Assembly: GCA_032718475.1 (NCBI GenBank)
Contig: JAUCBJ010001307.1
Span: 21,891-85,890 of the forward strand
Length of the DNA: 64,000 bases
From: Nemertoderma westbladi
Taxonomy: Eukaryota; Animalia; Xenacoelomorpha
Reading direction: 5' to 3'
Below are positions 1 through 13,554 of the stretch, in pieces (within the stretch, counting starts at the first letter, position 1; each line of letters begins with the position of its first letter). The notes beneath the pieces are model-generated. The model worked only from the letters and a program-made list of their open reading frames with translations, searched no databases and was not told the DNA's origin. The position numbers and the translations under genes were made by a program.

Positions 1-667
1 CAATAAAACCTACTTATGTCAATTATACATTATATATTCTGGCCGCATATACAGCCAAATATTACAACCAAATTTAATATTGCTATAAATGTCCAAATAA
101 CTATTACAGTAGATACTAGTGTGAAATAAGTGTGAAAGTTGAGCATTCTAATCTCTATTTACCAACATGTCACGGAATAATTGGTTAAATAACAACGAAA
201 CAATGTATTTCCCTGGAAACTTACATATAGATGGATAGGTATATGGATATTCATGGATAGAACTTACATAACTGTGAATGCAACCGCTGAGTACAGCTTG
301 CATTGCAGAAGCAAAACTGTTATCATGGATATACAAAAGCGTCTTTGAACCGTATTTGATATTAAATTACATTAAAGCATACAAATAACCACCAAATTAA
401 GCTAAATAGTATGGAAAACCGACAAATAGTATGAGTTTTAAGGTGTATGCAATTGTCCAACCCTTCACAGATGCGAGGATTATAGCAGACCATTATGGCT
501 CCGGGCCAGTCCCCCGTCTCCCTGGCTTGATGAGAGTTTAACATATAGCCACGATATTTCGGTACCGCTGATAGTTGCAAACTCGATTCTTGCCACTAGG
601 GATCGACCAGGGACTGCGTCGCGGCGTGTCTCGGCACCTTTTGGGGAGGTGACACCCACCTACCCCC

Positions 668-676
668 TATATATAT
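668..676 (+). promoter_or_regulatory. Candidate TATA box of the orphan ORF interrupted by the RTE insertion
   Basis: TATATATAT starting 25 nt upstream of the ATG at 693; that ATG is duplicated at 3663 as part of the TSD. Confidence 0.4.
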
Positions 677-691
677 CTGTTTAATCTCGCA

Positions 692-719
692 TATGTCTCG
701 ATACATGAAGACACCCCCT
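692..719 (+). repeat. 28-bp target-site duplication of the RTE LINE (second copy 3662-3689)
   Basis: tatgtctcgatacatgaagacaccccct is identical at 692-719 and 3662-3689, flanking the element and following its (TAG)n tail; the first 2 nt could belong to the tail. Confidence 0.9.
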
Positions 720-3634
720 TCCGAAGACCGAGAAGAAAGAAGAACCAACCTGTCGAAATGTAAAAAGACACTAAAGATTGCTACAATGAACACACGCACG
801 CTGAAAGCACATACCAAACAGGGTGACATGGTCGCTCTGGCAATGGAATATAACATCGCATCATCTGCATCCAAGAACATCGGATTTGTCATGAAGACAC
901 TGCCATGAAGTACAATGACATTTGAAATGGATGGACGTTAGGAACAAGCTCAGCAGTAAGAAACTCAGCCAATGCATCAATTGGTGGAGTAGGAATTCTG
1001 CTAAGCCCATTTGCACTTAAGACCCTAAACAACATCGAATCTATAAATTCCAGGGTTATGATCGCAACATTTGATGGGAATCCCAATGCAACAGTTATAT
1101 GTTGCTACAGTCTAACCAATGCCTCAGAGCTAGAACAAGCAGTCAAGTTTTATGAAGAACTGACTGGACTTATAAAGGACATTCCGAAACACAATGTTAA
1201 AGTCATTGCTGGTGACCTGAATGCCCAAATTGGCCCAGAAGACATCAAGGGTTACACCTATAACACCAGTTCTAACAGAAATGGGTACTTACTTTTAGAC
1301 CTAATGGAAGAATGTGAATTGATACCAACAAACAACACATTCGAAAAGAGTAAGGGAAAGCTATTGACCTTTCAATACCCTAATGGAACCAAAGCACAAC
1401 TGGATTACATCTTCATAAACAAAAAGTGGAGATACAGCATGATCAACTGCGAGGCATACAGCTCGTTCAACCTAATTGGTTCGGACCACAGAACTGTGAC
1501 TGCAGAGATCAGACTCAGTTTGAGAGCCAGCAAACCCAGGACAAGCAAGCAAATCAAATATGACTGGGAAAAACTCAGAACTGACAATGCTGTAAAGGAT
1601 GCTTATACAGTAGAAGTTCAAAACCGCTTTGAAGCACTTCAGTCAATGGATGAAGACCAATCCACCAATTCAATATACCAGAATATAATAACAGCCCACA
1701 AGGAATCAGCTAAGAGGCATATCCCCCAGAAACCCAAACGAAAACAATATGTGCCATGGCAAAACTCTGAGGTTACTTGTAAGAGAGAAGATCTTAAGAT
1801 AGCCTACAAAGTTAAAACCGAACAACCAACAACCGAAAACATTAACAAGGTTGAGAAAGCTAAGGACGATCTTAAATTGGCCTACAACATCAGCCAGGAA
1901 AAGTACATACAGGATAAAACTGAAGCAATTACAACTGCTCACATACAGCAACAATCAAGACTTACATGGCAAACTGTAAATGAGGTATCTGGTCGGAAAA
2001 GTTGTGCAAAGGGGCGCCTCAAAGACGATAGTCCCGAAGAACATGTTGGGAAGTGGAAAAATCACTTCAGCAACTTGCTTGGGCAGCCACCAAACATCGA
2101 GGTCAACCCTACAAGGAAAATATATGACAAGACACTACCTATAGAAACAGGGGACTTCACAACTGTCGAACTCCAAAGAAGCATTAAAAGCATGTCCAAT
2201 AATAAAGCGAGTGGATTAGATGAAATCCCAGCGGAGGTATGGAAAACCGGAGTGCTAAACAGACCATTATTGAATGTTTGCAACCGGATGTTAAAAGGGG
2301 AAAAGCCACCACCAATTTGGACTAAAGGTCAACTAAAGCCTCTCCCCAAGAAAGGAGACCTTGGCATACCAACAAACTATCGTGGGATCTGTCTGCTTGT
2401 GGTAGCTGCCAAAATATACAATAAAATGATTCTATATAGGATTAGGCCTCACATAGAGAAACTACTGCGTAAGAGCCAAAACGGATTTCGACCAAGTAGA
2501 TCAACAATAGCTCAGATACTTGCACTACGGAGACTGATTGAAGGAATTAAGTCAAAGAATCTCCCCGCTGTCATGACTTTTGTGGATTTCAAGAAGGCAT
2601 TCGACTCCATCCATAGAGGTAAAATGCTTGAAATCCTAAGAGCTTATGGAATACCAGAAGTAATTGTTGCTGGCATTGGATTGTTATATTGTGACACAGA
2701 AGCGCAGGTACTCTCACCAGATGGTGAAACTGAGTTTTTCTCAATCCTGGCTGGCGTACTGCAAGGTGACACATTAGCACCATTACTATTTGTAATTGTG
2801 CTGGATTACGCAATGAGGACGGCCACAAAGGGTGAAGACCTGGGATTCACACTTCAAGAACGCAGAAGTAGTAGATATCCAGCAACTACAGTCACAGACA
2901 CCGACTTTGCGGATGACATCGCCCTGCTCTCTAATACCCTAGCAGATGCACAGCTTCTACTAAATAAAGTGGAGAGGGCTGCTAAGGAGGTTGGATTGCA
3001 TATAAATGCTACAAAGACCGAATTCATGACCTTTAATGTTGATGGAAACTTGACAACCATTGATAATAATCAACTAAGGAAGGTCGATGACTTCCAGTAC
3101 CTTGGATCAAGGATAGAGAGTAGCAAAAAGGACATAGAAGTTAAGAAAGCAAAGGCTTGGGTAGCTCTATCAAAAATAGATACCATCTGGAAATCAGATC
3201 TCTCCAGGCACCTGAAGACTAAGTTCTTTCGTGCCACAGTGGAAAGTGTATTTTTATATGGGGGTGAGACCTGGACACTGACTAAATCACTTGAACAACG
3301 ATTTGATGGTTGCTACACAAGACTACTAAGGGCAGCCCTAAATATCAGTTGGAGACAACACATAACAAACACCGAGCTTTATGGTACAATACCACCTGTA
3401 TCAAGCACCCTCCGTGAACGCAGATTAAGATTCAGTGGGCACTGCTGGCGAAGTAAAGACGAGGTCATACCAGATCTACTTTTCTGGCAACCAACTCATG
3501 GAAAGCGTAGTCGTGGACGACCAGCCATAACATATATAGATCAACTTGAAAGGGATACTGAACTTAGGAGAAACGAAATTGCGACAACTATGGAGAATCG
3601 GGAAGCCTGGAAGGATCTCATTTCCACTGTCTGA
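720..3634 (+). pseudogene. RTE endonuclease-reverse transcriptase ORF; open from 1058 to 3634, with a frameshift near 858 and a stop at 923-925 upstream
   Basis: APE motifs IATMNTRTL, CIQEH, GDLNA, LDYI, SDH; RT motifs DFKKAFDS, GVLQGDTLAP, FADD; C-terminal RLRFSGH...GRP. Confidence 0.9.
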
Positions 3635-3661
3635 GTTCGCTTGACCTAGTAGTAGTAGTAG
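720..3661 (+). mobile_element. RTE-clade non-LTR retrotransposon, near full length, probably 5' truncated
   Basis: Single APE+RT ORF, very short 3' UTR ending in (TAG)n at ~3647-3661, flanked by TSD. Confidence 0.92.
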
Positions 3662-3662
3662 T

Positions 3663-6600
3663 ATGTCTCGATACATGAAGACACCCCCTCCGTTAAACGA
3701 CGTTCTCGGGAACAGCATGCGGAGATGATGGATACGATGATGGCTGATTTCACCGGCGAATCCACTGAGCTCGCTCAGAGCATGGCACCGCGTATGAATC
3801 CTTCAGAGAGTTATATCGAACCGCCGATGAACCCTGAACAGCGCAACATCGAACAACAATACCGTAAGTTTATTCTCAAATATACCAAGTGCGATGGAAG
3901 TTATAACAGCTTCCTTACCACTGGTCAACCCATGGACTTGAGGGACATCGATGACTAGCATGTCGATTGGGAAATGAAGATGTTCAAACTACACGTCAAA
4001 TGGCAACGTAGTAAAGAGACCCGAACACAACATGATTATCAAATTCGTGTTGACATCGCGGCTGATGACGCCGAGAACCCTTCTCATCTCTCCCGCTTCG
4101 AGGACTATGTCACCTTTCTTCGTGAAATGTATTTAAAAGTCGCAAGTCAACAGGATCTACAAACTCTGTACCCCAAGGGCGTTCATCCTAACCCGGCAAA
4201 GGAGATCAAACGACTCTATCATACCATGATGTATCTCACCGAGGGTCGTCCGCTCCTGGTCCTTCCTGATGCCTTCCACGACATGGAGGAGTATAGTAAG
4301 TCAGGTATAAAGTCTCCACCCCCAAATAAAACTGATTCCCGACTCTGGTACTTATGCGGTCAATGTCCTCATCCAAACCAACAGGTCTCCACTACACCAG
4401 CGAATCACCCCCGTAGGCAATGCTCTCACCACAGCTTCGTCAAGTATACGTATGGAGGGTTTGAAGATAATCGCTTCAAAGTCATTGAGAGATGGTTGCG
4501 CAACTTACAGAGGGTGAGTAAACCCATGATTCGCGTCCCTGAGTTTTCCCCGTGCCCGATGCTCCCTATGGTGAAACCCATGACGTTATCTCCGACAGAC
4601 CCCCGCTTCTCCGAATCCATATACCTATACATCAGAGACCTCGTTATGGGGGAACAGATAGCTTCCGTTACCAAGAGGAAGAGCCAACTCCTCTATGGTT
4701 GGTATCGGTCGTGAAACCTTACTACAGCGCGAAGAATCTATGTGGACTTCTCCTCTCACTTTCTCCACAATCTCCACGGTTAATCGTAACTACTTGGTTA
4801 CAGAGTTCCTTAACGCCCTTCGAAACACCATCGGCGTAGATGACCCCATCAAACTCTCTGGTAAACTCGATGTTGTTTGTCGGATGAGATTACCGGAATT
4901 CGAATCTAAATGATCCACCTATGGGCCCAGGAACGTGGTTTCTTCCACATTGTTTACGAAAGGATAGGTAATGGAATGCATAGAGCTGAACGTACTGGCA
5001 TCGGGCACATTTCATTCCATGAACTCGGATGGGATTTCAAGGAAGGTTGGTGGTATAACCGTTATTTACACCTATATGATGATAATTATTCCCATTATTA
5101 TTTCAATGGCCCTTTGACCGCTCCCGGTGCTGTTTATTCCAATATTAGTGTCCCTCTTCGGCCTTCTCTCACCATTTACATGATATACGAGAACTCTGCC
5201 GTATCAGGTTGGTTGGCCAATACTTGTAGTAGTACTTTGTTTATCCCACCCATTACTTCTCAGCACTCAGCTTGCCAAGGTTAATCGTGAAGGGAAATTC
5301 CAAAGTTTCAAATGTTTTCGAAGGTTCTTATTCCCCTTCTTCGGTATTGATGGTCAGTTCCGTGACCCAACTCTAAAGGGACAGGTAAATAAGTATTTGT
5401 CTGCCTTTGAAGACTTGAACAGAAAGGGTTTGGCTATATTCTATTCATGGATGTGTGTGTCCAAAACTTGCACTCCACTGTTCTGGAGCGTCCCATCCTC
5501 AAGTCTGGCTATTCAGTTTCCATTGTACAAACATCAGATAAACAGCTGGCTTCCTATTTAAACGTCTCTGTGGTCTACAATGTCTTAGAATCCAAATCCA
5601 TCCATCCCACTTCCGATTTAGATGACGATGGTGAGTTTGTTATACCGTGGCACCTTGGACCGCAGCCCTTAACAAGATTTACCTTTCATTCTGCCGTATC
5701 GTCGGAAGCGCTGAATCCAATGCGGATCCCATGCTCATAAAACTCCACCTACTGGTGAGATTTGTCAGACATACTCTCAATGCTCTGATCTACCGCTTCA
5801 TTGTCCATATTGTAGACTATTCAATGATCATACTTTCTTTAATTGCCCACAATTTTCGGAACAATGTGATAAGGTTTATTAAAAGGACACTACCCAACCT
5901 CCTACCCTTTCGACTTGACACAAAGGGATGATGAAACATCCTTTCTGAAGTATATCAAATTATGGGCACATTCCGCGGATTTACACCAAATCACGCACAT
6001 TCATTATGAATCTTCCCGCTCCTACTGCGGAGTCTTTGCCTTCAACCCCTACGCCTTTGCGATTGAAGCGCAATGCTCTAACCTTCCCGACTACCAGTTA
6101 TTACTGATGGTTTCGGAGCTCACCCATGTTCAATATGTGCGCACATTCCTTCGTCGCATGAACCCCGGTGATTTAACCACCTATATAACCTTATTGACTT
6201 TATTCGTAAGGACCCAAACCTCGGTTACAAGTTCGTCTCCGCTAATCCAGAGTTACTACAAACTTCGGACCGCATTACGTACCTCCGTCATACTTCACAT
6301 CTTGCGGAAGAGACAGTCAAACCTTTAAAGTATGTTGCGGGCTGAGGAGGTGTCATGACTTTATCACAGACCCTTAAAGGACTGGTTACCATCGCCATCC
6401 TCAAGAAAGTAGTGCAATCCACATTACCCGCTTCCGCTAAATCTTCACCGGCTAAAATACTCCGAAAGGGTGTGAAGTTATTACATCATTCCGTTCCCGT
6501 GACAACCACGATTATCGAACCTTAACCGGGAACATCCACTGGTGGACCGACCGTATGGACGCACGCCCCACTGACTCTTTGAAAATTCATCCTTCCGCCG

Positions 6601-6707
6601 CTGAGGGGCTACAAGTACAAAATTCCCCGCCTTCGTCGCCAAGTAATGGTTCTCCACCAACGAAACGCCGCAAGCGACCCCCTAAAAAGAAAAAGACCCA
6701 GAAATAA
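3663..6707 (+). pseudogene. Decayed, apparently intronless orphan ORF (~1000 codons) of unknown, possibly viral or mobile origin
   Basis: Chain of collinear plus-strand ORF pieces (3725-3958, 3974-4714, 4695-4913, 4910-5284, 5447-5740, 5647-5931, 5915-6328) ending ...SPPTKRRKRPPKKKKTQK* with AATAAA at 6703-6708; more GC-rich than its flanks; no motif recognised. Confidence 0.55.
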
Positions 6708-7989
6708 ACATTGATTTTTCTGGTTATTTTTATTACCACTACTTTACTTTATATGACTCATATCTCTACTTTATATTATATGTAAAATAAGTAAGTGGTG
6801 TCTCCCCAATAATTCATTTAGCTTAAATTTGTTCACGAGCTGAAATATTTTATATATGCATTATATATACTCTTTAGCACTACAGTTTGCTTATTTAGAA
6901 GTAATAGATATCCAATAATTCACTTGATTTAATTTTGTTCACAAGTTGAGATATTTTATATGCTGGATACGTATGTTCTATGTAATTTGAATTTGATGTT
7001 GTTAATTGAATTACTTGCATACTAGACATCCTTCTGTGTATAATTTGAACTCATCCCTTCATTTTTACCACCGTATTAGCTAAATGAATGGAAGCCGTGT
7101 TAATGCAAGTGTGAACTTGGCCATTTTAGATTACTTATTGTACTAATTGAAGCTCAAAACACCATTTTTATTGATAAAGTTGGTTGCGTTATAATATCGG
7201 TTATTTTTCAGTCGATTTACACATTACTAAAGGTTTGACGCCATCTTGTGCCATTATCCACATATCCAACTTGTAATAATACCCCATTGGCTGTGTTGCT
7301 CTATTATGGTTAATCTGTTATATAAGCACGATTGGTTGAGTGCCTTACTCACTCTGAGCATGTCGTTTCTGCTGTTGAGTTACATCGCACATGCAGAACT
7401 TTAATTACTGGTCAGATCTTTGATGACTGGTGATTATTATATGTCTAAGTCTAATTTCTGAAACCTATATTCGTTGTTAATAATTGAATTATATTTACTT
7501 ATTATTATATTTGATATTCTACTGGTAAACTCAATTTGTTATGGTTATTTGCTTAATATATCGCCGATATTACGGAATAAAGAAAGTTTTACACGCGCCA
7601 CAACCAGGTAGGTCGCTATGACTAAGCGTTAGTGAAAATCTGGACAATTGCACTAGTCTTATGTGTGCCATCGTACCTCTGACTTAATAAATAATTAATA
7701 TATGGCGATATTTCAGACCATTATTGTAAGCAAAGCTCTTATTATTAAATATATCACGATTGAGAGTTGTCACAAATTGAATACTGTAGCGATATCAATA
7801 TAATTAGACCAAAGACTTGTTACAATACGTTTCCTCTAAAGGGAAACACCCTTACAATTCCTTACATAATTAATTTGTCAGCCATTTGTTCGTTATACTG
7901 TGTTGCCACACCCTTTCGGTACTGTATATCAGTTAAATATAATAGACGATCAAATGCCATATTAGACTAAGCCAAACATAGAGCAAGTC

Positions 7990-8740
7990 AATACATCCTG
8001 GGAGAAAGGGGAAACAAAGAGATACACTTGAGCGGCCTTCGTTGAACTACTTCAAAGTTGAGCAAACGTTGAACTAACTCAAAACTTGGTACATGACCCG
8101 TATCTACATGGTGAGCTGCTAGATCCGATGCTTTGTACCATTCGTATCTTACATCACTGTCATGTTTCGTTATACGGATATCCATACTGTATTTAGTTTC
8201 ACCTATATATGTTAGCCCACATTCGCATGGGATCCTATATAATACGCCCCTATGATCAGTCACCGGTTATGTCCTTTTAGCAGAAAAGATGCCAACTTAT
8301 GTCCCGGTACAAAGTAAGTTTCCACCCCATAGAGAGCACAGAGTTTTTCCAAACTTTCAGTAAGGCACACTTCATATGGTAAACCAAGTCTTATGTTAAT
8401 TTTGTCCTTGGGCGGTACAGGTTTAGGTTGGTCGAATCGTCTATTGATACGTATCTTTGTACTATAAATAATTCTATTCGGATAACCATTATTAGCTAAT
8501 GTGTTAGCCAGTTTACTTTACAGTGCGATTTCGTGCTTCTACAGTAGAACAAATACGAGTGGATCTAAAAAATAATGCACTGCATACGCTTTGTTTCACC
8601 CATGGGTGGTGGTTGGATGAAAAGTTTAAGTACCTATTGGAGTGGGTTGATTTTTTTATAAACGCCAGTCGAGAATTTACCCTCAACTAAACCAATTAGT
8701 ACGTCCAAAAAGGTAACTGTCCATTAACATTTTGGTAATC
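7990..8740 (-). mobile_element. Penelope-like retroelement 3' fragment (RT thumb + GIY-YIG endonuclease)
   Basis: GVLYRIPCECGLTYIGETK GIY-YIG motif; upstream FLDV...THSNRYLNFSSNHH thumb motif; degraded. Confidence 0.85.
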
Positions 8741-8789
8741 AACTGTAAATTTAATATCCTGATGTAACGAATTTAAATTATCTAATATG

Positions 8790-10060
8790 GCTTCAACCTG
8801 GATAGCGTCTACACAGCGTTGACAACTGCAAACAGGTTATGTCGATTTTATGTAAGCTCTTCTAACCCAACAAATGAGCTATCAATACTGGTTACGTACA
8901 TTGTTCGAGTATATGCTCCCATGTGGTTTCTTATAAAAAGGAATAATCTTCTTCAAGATGGTCCCAGTAACTTATTTCATCTGATTCGTTGGTCTCTTTA
9001 CCTGGATGAAGAATATCGACACATTGTCGACTCTGTAATACAGCATAATGGATTTTTTGCCCATCCTGAAAATGTATTACTTGCTATGATCAAGGATAAA
9101 AACAAGCATATTCGTGAGCTATCTGTTCGTCGAGTGATTAAAGCCAGGGACTCTAAAAGAGTTAATTCGGTTTATCATACAGTTTTGCATAAGGCCATTA
9201 AAAAAAACCCTAAACTTGGAGCTAAGAAGTTGCTAAACCTAAGAAAACACCATAAACCTAAGTCAAACAGTAATGTGAGAAAATTTATTGTCCCTCAAAT
9301 TAACATTCAGGCCCCAAACTATTACGAACTTTTAGATTGGACTCGAAGTGACTTAAAACTTACATCTCCACCAATTCTGAAAGAAATTTCAAATAACGAC
9401 CTCAACAAATTTGTAGATTTAACGGCAACCATTCAGTTTAACTACCCATGTCATACTCAGACAGTTGAGCGGATGATTCGAGTTGTAACTCAGGTTTCCC
9501 GAGAAGTTGTTGGAGCGCATTCTCGAAATAGCTTGATCCACTCACGTTTATCTGGCCGAGCGCAGCGACCTAGCTTGTACTAAACTTGTACCTAACTTTG
9601 TACTTTAGTCAGTGAATAGTTATAATAGTGTCAATTGCCCTATTATTATAGTTTTGGTTATAGTTATGGTATATAGTTAAATTCCTAATGATATAACTAA
9701 ATGGTTTGAGTAATTTTTGCAATTATGTGTCAAAAAATGTTGTTATTAAAAAATAACTTTAGTAATAATGTCGCAGCTATGATTTTGACACTTGCTATCC
9801 CAACTAAATCGACGATTGCGTTTCAAATAAGCCCAACCATGACCTCCTAGAGGTGGTAGAAGTGGAGATAGCAAGGTTTAACGTTAATTTTTCACTTGCG
9901 GCAGGCCATTTTTGGACATACATTTTTTTGGTCCCAGGGTCACATGTTCCACTTATTATTTTTAGTTAAAATTTTGTCGACGTGCTATGGACATCCAACC
10001 TCACCCTTTGGCAAAGTTCCTAATGAATTTGCCAACTTTTCATTTTTATGACACACCCTA
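8790..10060 (+). mobile_element. hAT (hATm-like) DNA transposon 3' part, transposase C-terminus at 8819-9583
   Basis: TTANRLCRFYVS, FFAHPENVLLAM and YPCHTQTVER motifs; end ...ACACACCCTA at 10060 (TAGGGTG-type terminus). Confidence 0.7.
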
Positions 10061-10065
10061 TTTCA

Positions 10066-10232
10066 CAACCAGGTAGCTCTTCGTGGACTCGGGTTTGTAG
10101 CCAACTCGGGGTCCATGGTGGCACAGCTCCTCCCACCATTCCCACACTCCAGCGATGGACCCCGCTGATGAGGCGTCAACCGCGTACCAGCACTGCTTTT
10201 GCCAGCAGGTGGTACTTCCGGGTGCCAGATCG
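10066..10232 (-). mobile_element. CRE-clade reverse transcriptase fragment
   Basis: Minus-strand translation QCWYAVDASSAGSIAGVWEWWEELCHHGPRVGYKPESTKSYL matches the CRE WYADD...WW...GP..GY.P...KS pattern. Confidence 0.75.
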
Positions 10233-10233
10233 A

Positions 10234-10435
10234 GGGTGGTGGGTCTCTGGGTGGCGGGTCTCTCGGTGGCGGGTCTCTGGGTGGCGGGTCTCTGGGTTGC
10301 GGGTTGCAGGGTGGCGGGACGCAGGGTGGTGGGTCGCAGAGTGGCGGGTCGCCGGGTAGGGGGTCCCCGGATGGATGGTTTCTGGGTGGCGGATCGCAGG
10401 GTGGCGGGTCTCTGTGTGGCGGGTCGCCGGGTGGC
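10234..10435. repeat. 15-bp GC-rich minisatellite (gggtggcgggtctct), probably transposon subterminal repeats
   Basis: About 13 imperfect tandem units; produces spurious GGGSL and VAGRR ORFs. Confidence 0.85.
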
Positions 10436-10743
10436 TATTTATACTGTAATTACGTCTTATATTAAATAGTTCTGTACATTACATCTTTATCATTGAGTCG
10501 GACATTGTCACGCTCTCGGTAAAGTTGTACATGTACATAGTGTAATTACGTTTTATATTGGTTTTAGGTTAGCGTAGTGTAACATTGTATTTGTAACCAA
10601 GTAACATAAAGGACCCCCTTGGAAATAAGCTGCAAAGCTTTAGGGGTAATCCTATATGTTATGTTGGACAATACCTTTATACCGGTACATTGTTTGGTGT
10701 ATTTGTTATTGTTTTTACATAATGTATAAATAAATCTATCTAT

Positions 10744-10908
10744 GAGAGGTTGTTCCAAAGGACTCGTGAACTCCACCATAGGAGTTCCCATTCCGACCAT
10801 CCTATCCGTCGTGGCGGAGAAGAGAGGTTGTTCCAATGTACTCGCGTAACACACCATATGAGCTCCCCTTCTGACCATCTTATCCGTCGTGGCGGAGTTG
10901 AGAGGTTG
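10744..10908. repeat. 78-bp tandem repeat, two diverged units plus the start of a third
   Basis: gagaggttg at 10744, 10822 and 10900; units share tatccgtcgtggcggag. Confidence 0.8.
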
Positions 10909-13462
10909 AATTAGGAGATAGATTAATAATAAATATAGAGATAAAGAGAGATCAATATTTTTAATTGCTGAATTACTCCGTTTATTCATTATTATCAACT
11001 ATAATACATTAACTACAGTACACCACACCACTACTGTAGTGTATATAGAGTACAGATACATTCATTATTCAGTATACTGTAATGTATACCTGGTAATATA
11101 CCGAATATACACCATGTCCTGGAATATAGTGTCGTTATTCGGAATAACGACCCCCCCCCCCCAAAAAAATTTTCCAAAAAATCTTAATGAGATTGCATGA
11201 AATTTGAAATAAAGGTAGTTCACTACTGAGTGGGTGAGTCAGTTGCTCGATGTTGCTAATTGTTGCTCGTTGTTGCTCATTGTTGCTCACTGTTGCTCAT
11301 TGTGTATTTTAATACCTACCCCCGCAACATCAGCTTGCGTGTTGCCATTATCTGCTGGTATGTGCTGGGCCACTTGCTGGTCAACAACCAGTAAAAGGCC
11401 ATATGTGGTCCAGGTATCAACCGAGATGTACATTTATTATATGGTCTGGCAGAAAGTAAAGCAACACCATTCCAGGGAAGCTAAACTTTTAATAGCATGC
11501 CATCTCACGAAAGTGGCATTGTAATGTATACTTTTACTTGTATTGATGATATAATAATGTATTCATTCTCCAGTCAACACTGATATTCCTGCAATAAAAA
11601 AATATTTTTGCCAAAACACAACTTTTTGGCCAAATCGCGACTGTTGCCAAAATAAAATGACAGTTTCTGAATCTCAAAGAACACCCTTCCACCAATTCTA
11701 CCTGTTTGAATTAACTTCATTACTGGACACCGTTATAAGATTCGAGTGAGGTTCGATTTCACAATTCACTTGATTATATGGATGATAATGCTACATATAT
11801 AATGTGATGGGATCCGAGTTGGCAAACAGAATCCTGATGGGTATTTGTGTCGTGTGATAATACGTGTTGCCGCATCCGCTCTATCGTCGTGAGGGGCTGA
11901 AAGGCCGGCCGTAGGCTGGTATAATAATATAAGAGTTTGTTTATCGTTATTGCTAATGTCTGATATGTAAGTACAGCATAATCAGTATAATCAGTATAGA
12001 ACAATGATGGCAGTAACGATGACGGTTTAAACCGTTTGACTTCTACACTTACTAATAGCCAACTTAATGTAATTAATCTCGAGTAATGGTTATTATATAC
12101 TTATTGCTTAGAAAGGTTACACCTCCACCTATGCTTGACCTACCAATAGATGGGCACTAATTGATGGTGTGCTGCCCAACCATTGGTTGGTTTACCCTTT
12201 GGCCACTCCCTATCTCCTCTGGCCCTATGCTGGCTTCCCCCTGAGATATGTTGCATCTATCTCCAACTGGTACTAACTATATTGACCTGTTCCCTTCTGG
12301 TATGCAATATTATGTTGTATAATATTGCATACTTAATCGTAATTCGTAAATCACGATTCCCCATTTTCTCACTGGGTGGTGTACAGCGGATTGGATTCGG
12401 TAACACTCCCCCCCCCCCCATGCTATCTTCACAGTGAGAAGATAGCATCAACCAAATAGTGCGCTCCATTCCGCTGGAATCCAATCTAATATTGGATGTG
12501 GGGTGGAATACTCTTTTCTGGGGCCAGTTTTCCAGACTGGCCCCTCTGGGTCTGGTCTCACTACCCACCCTTGGTACATCTGCGAGCTAAGTTGTACCAA
12601 GGCATCTGGCATCTCTATTTAGACGATCGCCCTTCTTCCTCACTCAATCTTTTAACCCGGACACCATCGTCCGATCTCCTCACCTCCTCCTCACCTCATT
12701 AGTCCCATAGGACTCATCCTCCACTCTGATCGCTCCCCACATTTCCAAATTTCGCGCCCTTCATTCTTCCTTAAACCCTCATCTCTCATCACATCATCAT
12801 GCTCCTTTACTCAACCCCTTTTACTCTCACTCTCACTCCTGTCGGACTCCCACAATCTTATTCGTGTGGCCACACTTGAGAAATGGGATCCATTTAATTT
12901 CTCGTCCTCCTGTTTCAGTCAATGAGTCCCCCGTCCCAGCAGCTAATTGGGAAAGGTTATATTGACTATAGTATATATATATATATATGGTGGTTATATA
13001 TTATTACACTACGATTGGTTACTTTATATTCTTATTTATATTATTTACAATTAGGGCGGGAATATTTTATTTTACTCTACAATTTCAGCGCTGCCTTCTA
13101 AGCACTCTGAGGCTTTCTCGTCAGTAAATGATGTCAGCAAATAACATCTGGAGCGTCGGTCTAGAAATTTCATCCCATTCTTCCCAATCCATTGTAGCTC
13201 TTCTTTTCTATCATCGTCCGGGCTTGGACGCTTCTTATCATCCCTATTCTTAATCGCAGTCATGGCTTGACTGATGGATGGCTTTACTAATCCCTGTTGT
13301 TAGTTCCCTGAGTGCGGTTGTTACCATCTCTTGATAACGCTTTGCTGGTCGTCCCATCAAGTGTCCCTCCTACCATACCCCCGGTAGTGCCCCTCGGGAC
13401 GTTTCTTATCTCGCAGGGTATTAGCTCTTACAATAAATCCTAAACTCCACTCAGTTGCTTAA

Positions 13463-13554
13463 AGTGTAATCTGTATAATAATCATAAGTCAGTATCGCGT
13501 AATAAATCTAACCGGTAAGCACGTCAAACACGTACAGTATATCGGGATTACACA
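13463..13554 (-). repeat. 3' LTR (92 bp)
   Basis: Matches 17046-17152 except for one internal segment. Confidence 0.9.

Noticed and set aside
10108-10190. CTGATGAG with flanking stems, a possible hammerhead or HDV ribozyme
   Set aside because: No GAAA or stem II closure; the region translates on the minus strand as CRE reverse transcriptase
10048-10469. Gly-rich (GGGSL) and VAGRR ORFs
   Set aside because: Open in all three frames because of a stop-free 15-bp minisatellite
10744-10908. Repeat-spacer appearance suggestive of a CRISPR array
   Set aside because: The units are homologous along their full length, there are only two, no cas genes are present and the context is eukaryotic
11128-11148. 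Perfect hairpin gtcgttatt-cgg-aataacgac as a Helitron/Helentron end
   Set aside because: No CTRR end, partner terminus or RepHel sequence could be established
12060-13460. Possible older retroelement hosting the Gypsy insertion (continuing at 17158-17800)
   Set aside because: Composition is suggestive, but no diagnostic motif could be read with confidence
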